Source: an uncultured Gammaproteobacteria bacterium (lineage in GTDB: Bacteria; Patescibacteriota; Patescibacteriia; Patescibacteriales; CAYMCJ01). Taken from it: DNA of 35,185 nt. The translations under genes and the position numbers were made by a program. The notes under the pieces are model-generated. The model was not told the origin of the DNA and ran no database searches. It saw nothing but the letters and a program-made list of their open reading frames with translations. Where the stretch lies: the NCBI GenBank assembly GCA_964395755.1, contig CAYNBD010000002.1:1-35185 (forward strand), written 5' to 3'. Each line of letters begins with the position of its first letter. Position 1 is the stretch's first letter. Shown one piece after another: positions 1 through 8,800 of this stretch.

Positions 1-14
1 TAGACTTGTATTTT

Positions 15-88
15 GCCCTCATAGCTCAGCTGGATAGAGCGTCGGCTTCCGGAGCCGAAGGCCAGGGGTTCAAATCCTCTTGGGGGCA
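15..88 (+). tRNA. tRNA-Arg (anticodon CCG)
   Basis: A 74-nt cloverleaf read by hand. Acceptor GCCCTCA/TGGGGGC plus discriminator A. D-arm GCTC-AGCTGGATA-GAGC. Anticodon stem TCGGC/GCCGA with loop TTCCGGA (anticodon CCG). Variable AGGCC. T-arm AGGGG-TTCAAAT-CCTCT. CCA is not encoded. Confidence 0.9.
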
Positions 89-197
89 CAAATTAAGCTT
101 CTCAATTTTTTCTTTTTTCGGATGCTTGAGAAAAAAATTTTTGCTTATTTTGTTTTTCTATTAAAATATTATATACTGTAAATATCAAAATTTAGCT

Positions 198-362
198 ATG
201 TTTCAAGTAATAAATATCTTAAAATTAGATAATGAACGAGAGAAAGTAAATAATAACTTTTATCAAATTTTTGGTTTGGCATTAAAAACCTTCACGGTTT
301 TATTCTGCGCCGGTTTTTTGTTTTTTGGTGTTGCGGGGGAGGTTAGGGCTACGACGCATTAA
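198..362 (+). pseudogene. 54-codon truncated duplicate of the signal-anchor N-terminus of the 1226..4753 surface protein
   Basis: ATG 198 to TAA 360..362 translates to MFQVINILKLDNEREKVNNNFYQIFGLALKTFTVLFCAGFLFFGVAGEVRATTH. This parallels residues 1-45 of the 1175-aa protein (..VNNPHQIFGLALKTSMVLFCTSFLFFGL..). A 28-nt DNA block is identical at 262..289 and 1275..1302. Confidence 0.5.
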
Positions 363-393
363 TATTAAATAGAAAATTTGATATAATGAACAT

Positions 394-1224
394 ATGGAAA
401 TTGAAACTAAAATAGCGATTTTTAAAGGCAAACAAGTCAGAAAAATCATTTATAATAATGAATGGTGGTTTTCGGTTATTGACGTGGTGGAAGCTTTGAC
501 TGATAGTGTAAATCCTCGTGATTATTGGTTTAAGATGAAAATAAGAGTAAAGAATGAAGATGAAATTGAACTGTCGACAATTTGTCGACAGTTGAAATTG
601 CAAGCTTCAGATGGAAAAATGAGAGAAACCGACTGTGCCAACACCGAAGGTATGTTTCGTATTATACAATCAATTCCATCACCTAAAGCTGAACCCTTTA
701 AACGCTGGCTCGCTAAAGTAGGTTATGAACGAGTAAAAGAAATAGAAGATCCTGAGCTGGCAACCAAAAGAACCAGAACACTGTACAAGCTCAAGGGCTA
801 TCCAGATGATTGGATTGAAAAAAGAATGCGCGGTATCGCTATTCGCGAAGAATTAACAGATGAATGGCAGAAGCGAGGGGCTAAAGAGCAAAGAGAATAC
901 GAAATCCTGACGGCAGAAATATCCAAAGCCACTTTTGGAGTTACTCCGAGTCAATATAAAAAATTAAAAGGATTGAAAAGGGAGAATCTGCGCGATCATA
1001 TGGACGATTTTGAATTAATTTTTAATATGCTGGGAGAGCGCGCGACCACTGAAATTCATCGGACGGAAAACTCTCAAGGCGCGCCAAAGTTAAAAGCAGA
1101 TGCTAAAGCAGGGGGCAATATCGCCGGCGGGGCAAGAAAAAAATTGGAAAAAAGATTAAAAAGATCAATTGTTTCAAAAGATAATTTTAAGAAATTGAAC
1201 AATCGGAAAAAATTAAAAAAATAG
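394..1224 (+). CDS. Bro-N domain / DinD-like (phage antirepressor-type) protein
   Basis: The N-terminus IFKGKQVRKIIYNNEWWFSVIDVVEALTDS matches the Bro-N pattern. The C-terminal half (KGLKRENLRDHMDDFELIFNMLGERATTEIHRTENSQG) resembles the DinD C-terminal region recalled from E. coli. The tail is basic. The TAG stop lies 1 nt before the next ATG. Confidence 0.8.
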   Translation: MEIETKIAIFKGKQVRKIIYNNEWWFSVIDVVEALTDSVNPRDYWFKMKIRVKNEDEIELSTICRQLKLQASDGKMRETDCANTEGMFRIIQSIPSPKAEPFKRWLAKVGYERVKEIEDPELATKRTRTLYKLKGYPDDWIEKRMRGIAIREELTDEWQKRGAKEQREYEILTAEISKATFGVTPSQYKKLKGLKRENLRDHMDDFELIFNMLGERATTEIHRTENSQGAPKLKADAKAGGNIAGGARKKLEKRLKRSIVSKDNFKKLNNRKKLKK

Positions 1225-1225
1225 T

Positions 1226-4200
1226 ATGTCTAAAAATAAACTAAATGATAAGAGAGAGAGAGTAAATAACCCCCATCAAATTTTTGGTTTGGCATTAAAA
1301 ACTTCCATGGTTTTATTCTGCACCAGTTTTTTGTTTTTCGGTCTGACCAACCACGCTAGCGCGTCGACATATACAGTTTGTGCTAGTGGATGTAGCGAAA
1401 CCACTATCCAAGCAGTTTTTGATAATAATGATTTAGCTCCAGGAGACATTGTAGAAGTTCAAGCAGATACAGTTGGGGGATCTAAAACTTACAATGAAAT
1501 GGTTACTTGGGGTACTAATGATGTAGGAGATGCTACTAATCAAGTGATTTTGCAAGGAAGATCTGGGGATACTGTTACAATTGATGCTCAAGACACTCGT
1601 AATTATGTTATCGAATTGGGTGGAAATGATTATATTACTTTATCAAATTTAATTTTTAGTAATTCCATACTGAGAGGGCTAAACGGCAATAATGCAGATT
1701 CTCTTATTTTAACTGATCTTATATTTAATGGTGGTGTTGCTGGTTTTTACCTTCTAAGTGCGGATAATGTAACTTGTAATAATCTGACTTTTACAGGGCT
1801 GGATAGTTATGGCATGTATTTTTCTGGCGGTTCAGCCATTACTCTTAGTGGTACGATTAATGTAAATAACTCTGGTGCAGGTTCTACAAATTGGGGTTTA
1901 GGATTCAACAATGTTGACGGGGTAACTTCGACTGCAAATATTACTATTACGAATCAGGTAGGTCGAGGTATTTACATTAAGTCATGTGTGGGGGGCGCTA
2001 TAGATTTTGACGCTTCAACAATTATAATAACAGGAGGGACGCTTGGAGAGGGCGCTATTTATATCGCGGACTGCACTGCACAAATTTTTATAGGTGAAAA
2101 TGGTGCTGTATCAATTACTGGAAATGCTCAGCATGGTATTATGTGTTATACCTCAGCCTTAGCCACGGGTTCTGCATTTTATAATATAACCAGTTCGTCA
2201 AATACGGCGGGGGACGGTTTTCATATAGACAGGTGCAATAATATTGATATATATAACGCAATAGCAAAGGATAATTCAGGAATCTCTACTACTGGTTCCG
2301 GGATGCGTTTTTTGGGTTCTGCAAATATTAATATTTATGATTCTATAGCTGAAAGCAATCGGTGGGACGGCTTTAATATTTTAGAAGGTGTAGGGCCGAC
2401 ACAGTCCGACAATATTAAATTTTATCGATGTCAAGCAGCCAATAATGGTGATGCTGATGAGATTGTAAATGGTGCTGGTGATGGTTTCACATCACATGAT
2501 TCAAGCACGAATATTGAATTTTATTCTGGCATATTGGCAAATAACAAAAACTCTGGAGTAGCAAATATTGAAAGTTCATCTGGCAAGGTTGTTAATTCTA
2601 TACAATATAATAATGGAGTGGCGACCGCAACGCGGGCAGGTATTGCATCTTCTGCAACAGGCGGCTGGATTTATAAAAATAATATCTTAGAGGGAAATTA
2701 TCCTAGAGAGCTACAATTTACAACTACTGCCTACGTCGCTGACACAATTGATTATAATTTGTATTATCATGTAGGTAATGAGGTCACAGAAGGAATATTT
2801 GCATCTCTTAATGCAACTGACATAAACACTCCAGGAGTAGATCAGACTCAGGAGACATACTTAGGGCTGAATGAAGTTAATTCTATGTATGGGAGTCCTC
2901 TTTTCACCTCTGCTGCCACAAATGATTTTACTTTAAATTATCTTTCTCCCGCCATTGACGCTGGTACAGATGTCTCTCTTACCACCGACTACGATAGTAA
3001 CTCAATCTACGGCCTTCCAGACATCGGAGCGTATGAATATCAACCACCATATACAATAGGAACAGACAATATTCCAACCACAGGCTCAATTAGAATATAT
3101 TCTGATGGAAAATACAGAATGAAGACAGCTTCTTCAACTGCAGACACAATCAGTTTTAGCATAACTCCTCCGGAAGGTAGCTATTATTCAACAACCACCC
3201 AGTATATGGATATTACTATTGACTCATGGTTAACAACAGGGACAAAGAACAAACAATGGACGGCGACATCAACCGCGGGAGACTTTCTAACCCATGCTAC
3301 TTCTACTCTCTATACCATAGGCGACCTCTCACCCAATACCTACTACACTTTCAAATTAGACTCTACGGCCACCACCACAGCCATCACAGGCACTAACTGT
3401 ACAGATGGAGTATGTTTAGCAGATAGCAACGGAGAAATAATATTTACGTATTCAGGCGGCTATTCCACCCATACTTTCGCTCTAGAACAAGATGTTACTG
3501 GTCCTAATTCTTTCGTCCTTTCATCTCCTGCTAGTAATAGTTTGATATCGGCAACGCCGACCTTGTCATGGGGCGCTTCTTCTGATTCTGAATCAGGACT
3601 TTCTTATTACCAGCTATACATAGACGGCAGCTTGGACACAGATAATATTAGCGGTACTTCTGTTAATCCTGCCAGCTCCTTATCCTGCGGCAATCACACT
3701 TGGTATATCAGGGCATATGATAATAATGAAAACTATACAAATTCGAATACTTTTAATCTGACAATGGTTTGTGGCGGCGGTTTGCCCTCCGCAGCATATA
3801 TGCCCCCCGCTCCACCAGTTTCAAGCCCGGAAAATCCTCAAGGAGGATTTAAGGTCCTTGTTAACGATGGAATTGAGATAACCAATAATCGAGTTGTATC
3901 CCTCCTTTTTATTGTCGGACCCGACACGGTTGATATGGCTATTTCGGAAGACCCTGCTTTCAAGAATGTTTCTCTTGAGCCGTATCAGAATCAAAAAGAA
4001 TGGACGCTTTCCGAAGGTGACGGCCAGAAAATAGTTTACGTAAAATTCTATAACAAGTACGGCCAGGCAACAACTCCGATTGCTACCGCGATTACTTTGG
4101 CTGAAAGCAAATTTTCAACAATTGCCGCTCCGGCGGCGGTTGCAACTGATTCTGAAGGAAATATTTCCTTGGAACAAATAGAAAATGACGCGACAATCAT

Positions 4201-4753
4201 AATCACCGGCGATGTCAACCAACTTATTGCCGAAATCGGCGCTAAAAGAGATCTATTCGTTGAAGCCAATTACAGCCGGACAATCGTAGAAAAAATCGTG
4301 AAAGATACCGAAATGAGTGATCAAACAAGGAACGCTATCACCAATTTCGTTGCTTATGGGACCAAAACAACCCAACTGCTTGGCGCAGGGGAAAGAGCTG
4401 GCATTGTAAACAGTTTCAAAACTTCGTTCGGGAAATTACCCACCACACAGGAAGACTGGTTTGATATCATTAAAATCGCCAATGGCCGTTGGCCAAACCA
4501 GAGAAGTAAAACGGCAGAAGATCGGGCAACTATAAATTTCAGACAGGTGTATTTAAGAAATCCAGACCTGACTAATCCTCTTGATGATGCCGCCATAACT
4601 GTAATGGCTTATGGCCTAAGGCCAGCTGACAGAAACCTCAATAGCGAGAAAACGGCGATTAAATCTTTTAAAGCCATCTACGGATATACCCCATCTACCG
4701 CTACTGCCTGGGATGTGATTCGAGCGATTGCTTATAGCGGGGCGAAGAGATAA
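1226..4753 (+). CDS. large membrane-anchored/secreted surface protein with parallel beta-helix (PbH1-like) repeats, Fn3/Ig-like modules and a duplicated C-terminal helical module
   Basis: There is an N-terminal hydrophobic anchor, IFGLALKTSMVLFCTSFLFFGLTNHASAS. Many roughly 22-aa N/G/S/T-rich repeats follow (e.g. CNNIDIYNAIAKDNSG, SANINIYDSIAESNRWDGFNI, SDNIKFYRCQAANNG, STNIEFYSGILANNKNSGV), ending in DIGAYEY. An Fn3-like segment is present (PTLSWGASSDSESGLSYYQLYIDG). The C-terminal motif pair is SFKTSFGKLPTTQEDWFDIIKIANG and SFKAIYGYTPSTATAWDVIRAIAYSG. Confidence 0.75.
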   Translation: MSKNKLNDKRERVNNPHQIFGLALKTSMVLFCTSFLFFGLTNHASASTYTVCASGCSETTIQAVFDNNDLAPGDIVEVQADTVGGSKTYNEMVTWGTNDVGDATNQVILQGRSGDTVTIDAQDTRNYVIELGGNDYITLSNLIFSNSILRGLNGNNADSLILTDLIFNGGVAGFYLLSADNVTCNNLTFTGLDSYGMYFSGGSAITLSGTINVNNSGAGSTNWGLGFNNVDGVTSTANITITNQVGRGIYIKSCVGGAIDFDASTIIITGGTLGEGAIYIADCTAQIFIGENGAVSITGNAQHGIMCYTSALATGSAFYNITSSSNTAGDGFHIDRCNNIDIYNAIAKDNSGISTTGSGMRFLGSANINIYDSIAESNRWDGFNILEGVGPTQSDNIKFYRCQAANNGDADEIVNGAGDGFTSHDSSTNIEFYSGILANNKNSGVANIESSSGKVVNSIQYNNGVATATRAGIASSATGGWIYKNNILEGNYPRELQFTTTAYVADTIDYNLYYHVGNEVTEGIFASLNATDINTPGVDQTQETYLGLNEVNSMYGSPLFTSAATNDFTLNYLSPAIDAGTDVSLTTDYDSNSIYGLPDIGAYEYQPPYTIGTDNIPTTGSIRIYSDGKYRMKTASSTADTISFSITPPEGSYYSTTTQYMDITIDSWLTTGTKNKQWTATSTAGDFLTHATSTLYTIGDLSPNTYYTFKLDSTATTTAITGTNCTDGVCLADSNGEIIFTYSGGYSTHTFALEQDVTGPNSFVLSSPASNSLISATPTLSWGASSDSESGLSYYQLYIDGSLDTDNISGTSVNPASSLSCGNHTWYIRAYDNNENYTNSNTFNLTMVCGGGLPSAAYMPPAPPVSSPENPQGGFKVLVNDGIEITNNRVVSLLFIVGPDTVDMAISEDPAFKNVSLEPYQNQKEWTLSEGDGQKIVYVKFYNKYGQATTPIATAITLAESKFSTIAAPAAVATDSEGNISLEQIENDATIIITGDVNQLIAEIGAKRDLFVEANYSRTIVEKIVKDTEMSDQTRNAITNFVAYGTKTTQLLGAGERAGIVNSFKTSFGKLPTTQEDWFDIIKIANGRWPNQRSKTAEDRATINFRQVYLRNPDLTNPLDDAAITVMAYGLRPADRNLNSEKTAIKSFKAIYGYTPSTATAWDVIRAIAYSGAKR

Positions 4754-4823
4754 ATAAAATTTATTTGTCTGTTATATTTAGTTTATATGCTTTGTGCTTT
4801 AGGCGCAGGGCGGTTCAATCAAT

Positions 4824-5240
4824 ATGAGAAAAATTTATTTGATTTTAATTATTATTTTTGCTCTGGCCGTCTTACTGTTCATTGTTTTTCGGTTTATGCC
4901 CGCTCGGTATATCACCGCTATTCTGGGTCGGGACAACTCTTTGTCTTCCCTGGCCTGCTCTTATCCGGTTAAGGTGACCGGCGATTCCATGGAGCCGTAC
5001 TTTAAAAACGGTCAAACGGCTTATTTTAACAAATGCTTTCAGGTTGGTGACCTGGGCGTAAATAACATAATCGTTTTCAACGATGGCGAAGTGAACAGAT
5101 TGGGGGCGATAGACAAGATTGAAGATTTGGAATCCGGAATCGTTTATAAAATCGTTCAGCCTAATCGCGCTGACCTGGTTACCGACGTCTTCCCGGATCA
5201 AATCAGGGCGGTTTACAAAGAAGATTTTGACAGCCGTTAA
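4824..5240 (+). CDS. membrane-anchored S24/S26 (clan SF) serine peptidase, signal-peptidase-like
   Basis: An N-terminal TM helix (IYLILIIIFALAVLLFIVF) is followed by the catalytic-serine motif VTGDSMEPYF. The protein is short (138 aa) and lacks the GDN..S.DSR box of canonical SPase I, so the exact family is uncertain. Confidence 0.6.
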   Translation: MRKIYLILIIIFALAVLLFIVFRFMPARYITAILGRDNSLSSLACSYPVKVTGDSMEPYFKNGQTAYFNKCFQVGDLGVNNIIVFNDGEVNRLGAIDKIEDLESGIVYKIVQPNRADLVTDVFPDQIRAVYKEDFDSR

Positions 5241-5369
5241 AAATATATTTTGGCTTTTTGTCTTTTGTGGATAACTTTGGTCAGTTAATAATTTATTTGA
5301 ATCATTTTGTTTAATATTAGGAAATAATAAAAGAATTCCTTAATTTTTTAAAAAATATATTGATTTTTC

Positions 5370-5398
5370 TTGACAAATTTTTAGGCAGGTGTTAATAT
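5370..5398 (+). promoter_or_regulatory. sigma70-type promoter TTGACA-17 nt-TAATAT heading the rpoBC leader
   Basis: TTGACA at 5370..5375, a 17-nt spacer, and TAATAT at 5393..5398. An AT-rich UP-like tract lies upstream. It is the only near-consensus promoter between 5241 and rpoB. Confidence 0.6.
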
Positions 5399-5661
5399 AG
5401 CAATACTGTTGATTATTGGATAATTAATATATTTATAGAAAATTCCGCTAAACTGGAATTAAAATTTAAAGAAACGGAAAGAATTTGCGTAAGGATTGAG
5501 TTGCGCGCATAGAAGCCGTTTTTTTTGTTTGGTATTTTTATAAAATTAAAATCCCCGTGCTTTTTAAGTCTTAGCCATATTTTAAAGTGGTTATTGTTTT
5601 ACTTAATTAAATTTAATATTTTTGTCATTTAACCCGAGCCGGCAGGTTTGGGGAATTTTTG

Positions 5662-5718
5662 CGTTATCGCCCAGCGGCGAGCCCCGCTACGTTATCGCCC
5701 TGCGGGCAACCCGCGCTA
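5662..5718 (+). repeat. tandem 28/29-nt GC-rich repeat inside the rpoB leader
   Basis: Unit 1 is cgttatcgcccagcggcgagccccgcta (5662..5689). Unit 2 is cgttatcgccctgcgggcaacccgcgcta (5690..5718). Each unit has a small GC hairpin (GCGG..CCGC or GCGGG caa CCCGC). The repeat sits in an otherwise very AT-rich spacer. Confidence 0.6.
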
Positions 5719-5812
5719 CGAATGCGGGACATACGAATGATGGGGCAGAGGCGAATCATTGTTATGGCCTGGTGGCAAGGCTTAGATTAATTTAGAATGC
5801 AGCGCATAAACA

Positions 5813-8800
5813 TTGCAAATTATTATGACGACCGCGAGCAAAAAATTAACCGACAGAAAATCTTTTGATGGCGGTAATGGGGCCATACCCATGACCGATT
5901 TGATTGAAATCCAAAAAGATTCTTACCAATGGTTTTTGGATGAGGGTTTGGCGGAATTATTCGACGAGATTTCGCCGGTCACCGATTTTATCGGCCGTGA
6001 TTTGGAATTATATTTTGCAGATTATTATTTAGACGAGCCCAAATTTAACGAAAACGAAAGCAAAGCCAAAAATATCACTTATGAAGCCGCCTTGCGGGTT
6101 AAAACCCGTCTTTTGAACAAGAGAACGAGCGAAACCATAAACCAGGAAGTGTTTTTGGGTGATTTGCCTTTGATGACCAAGAACGGCACTTTTATCGTCA
6201 ACGGCATTGAAAGAGTGGTGGTTTCCCAGCTGATTAGGAGTGCGGGGGTGATTTTCACTTCGGAATTTATCAAGGGGAAAAAATATTACGGTGCCAAGAT
6301 TATTCCCAACCGGGGCGCTTGGCTGGAAATCGAAACAGACATCAATAAGGTGATTTGGGTGAGAATTGACCGTAAGAGAAAGGTGGCGGTAACCTCTCTA
6401 TTGCGGGCTTTCGGCTATGAGAGCGACGAAGAAATTCAGGAACTTTTTAAAGAAGTTGATTTATCCACCGAGAAAGATGCGGAGGGTTATATTGAAGCCA
6501 CCATTTCCCGCGATGCCGCCAAGAACGAAGCCGAGGGTCTGCAGGAGGTTTATAAAAGAATCAGGCCGGGTGATTTGGCCGCGACCGAAAATACCCGCCA
6601 ATTGATTTATTCAATGTTTTTCCGTTTTGACCGTTATGATTTCGGCCGGGTCGGCCGCTATAAATTAAATCGCCGCTTCGGACTGGACATTCCCAACACT
6701 AAAGAGAACAGGATTTTAAGGAAAGAAGATTTGGTTGACGTCATTAAAGAAGTCATTCGTCTTAATATTACCCAGGGCCAGGAAGATGACATTGACCATT
6801 TGGGAAATCGGCGCGTGCGGGCGATCGGAGAGTTGATTCAAAATCGGTTCCGGGTGGGATTGGCGCGGATGGAAAGAATCATCCGGGACAGGATGAGTAC
6901 CGCCGATATCAATACTTTAACGCCGAACAAATTGATTAACGCCCGGCCCGTAATCAGCGTGGTCAGGGAATTTTTTATGTCCTCCCAGCTTTCCCAGTTT
7001 ATGGACCAGACAAATCCATTAGCCGAGCTGGAGCATAAGCGGCGATTGTCGGCCATGGGGCCGGGAGGATTAACCCGGGAACGGGCCGGTTTTGACGTGC
7101 GGGACGTGCATATTACTCACTATGGCCGCATTTGTCCGATCGCCACGCCGGAAGGACCGAATATCGGTCTGGTTGGACACCTGGCCAGTTTTGCCCGTTT
7201 GAATAAATACGGTTTTCTGGAGGCGCCTTACCGGAAAGTTTTGCATGATCTTAGAAGTGACGCCTCGGAATTGGTCGGTAAAATCGCCCGGCGTGATATT
7301 TGCGCAATAGACTGTCGCGCTGACGATAAAGGAGAGGGCCAGAAGGAAATTTTGTATTCAGACGTACCTAGGGAAAAACGGGGAGAAGTAATTGTAAAAA
7401 AAGGCGAAACCATTGACGCGGCTGCGGCTAAAAAAATAAAGGAAAAACTAGGTAGCCGGATATTGGTTCCGATTAAGCCGGTGGTAACGGACGAAATCGT
7501 ATATTTGGACGCTTTTATGGAAGAAAAATACATCACTACCGCGGCTACAACGCCGGTTGATGCCAACGGTTACTTTTTGGTTGATAAATGCGAGGTCAGG
7601 CGTTACGGTCAGCCGGCCACCGAAGAGGTTACCAAAATTGATTTTTTCGGCGTAGCGGCCAACCAAATTATATCCATCGCCACTTCCCTGATCCCTTTTA
7701 TGGAACATGATGACGGCCAGCGGGCCTTAATGGGCACCAACATGCAGCGCCAGGCCGTGCCTTTGATAGTAAGCGAATCGCCGATTGTCGGCACCGGCAT
7801 TGAATCCCGGGCGGCCCGTGATTCCGGCCATATGCTCATCGCCGAGGAAGACGGCGAAGTGGTTAAAGTTGATGCCGCTGCCGTGGACGTCAAAAATAAG
7901 CAGGGTAAATTGAAAAGTTATCAGTTGGTTAAATTTGCCCGTTCCAATTCTTCCACCTGCATAAATCAGCGGCCGGTGGTTAATATCGGCGACAAGATCA
8001 AGAAAGACCAATTTTTGACCGACGGCCCCTGTATTGACAAAGGCGAATTGTCTTTGGGCAGGAACGTCTTGGTGGCCTTTATGACCTGGGAAGGGTTCAA
8101 TTACGAGGATGCCATTATTATTTCCGAAACATTGGTCAGAAAAGACATTTATTCCTCGATTCATATAGAAGATTATGTCATTGACGTACGCGACACGAAA
8201 TTGGGGCCGGAGATGGTCACCAATGACATTCCCAATATTTCCGAAGAGAAGCTGAAGAACCTTGATGAAGAAGGCATTGTCCGGATTGGGGCCGAAGTTT
8301 CTTCCGGTGACATTCTGGTCGGCAAGATCACACCCAAAGGGGAAACTGAATTATCGGCGGAAGAAAAATTATTGCGGGCGATTTTCGGCGAGAAAGCCAA
8401 GGATGTACGCGACTCGTCGCTTTATCTGGAGCACGGCGAACACGGCAAAGTCGTGGACGTCAAGATTTTTTCCCGGGAGGCCGGGGATAAGCTGCCGGCC
8501 GGGGTGTCAAAATCAATCCATGTTTCCGTCGCCAATTTAAGAAAAGTCCAGGTCGGAGACAAAATGGCCGGCCGCCACGGCAACAAAGGCGTTATTTCCC
8601 ACGTGGTGCCGGTTGAAGACATGCCATATTTGGAGGATGGTACGCCGGTAGATATTATTTTGTCGCCTTTGGGAATTATTTCCCGGATGAATTTGGGCCA
8701 GCTTTTAGAAACCCATTTGGGTTTTGCCGCGCAGAAACTCGGCTATAAAGTCATGACCCCGCCCTTGAATGGCGTGAACGAAGACCAGATCAAAGCGGAA

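Noticed and set aside
4787-4972. A 61-aa ORF overlapping the start of the S24/S26 peptidase gene in another frame.
   Set aside because: It overlaps a better-supported ORF carrying the TM + GDSMEP motif, and its own translation has no features.
5472-5527. Calling a confident intrinsic terminator or discrete sRNA in the rpoB leader.
   Set aside because: The T8 run is clear, but the stem next to it is only about 6 bp (aaacgg/ccgttt) with a 38-nt loop. It is reported as a possibility under findings rather than as a feature.
5622-5795. An open frame of about 57 codons reading through the GC-rich tandem repeat upstream of rpoB (..ALSPSGEPRYVIALRATRATNAGH..).
   Set aside because: There is no ATG (only a TTG) and no SD. 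The peptide repeats merely mirror the DNA repeat. An RNA or DNA-level element is more likely.
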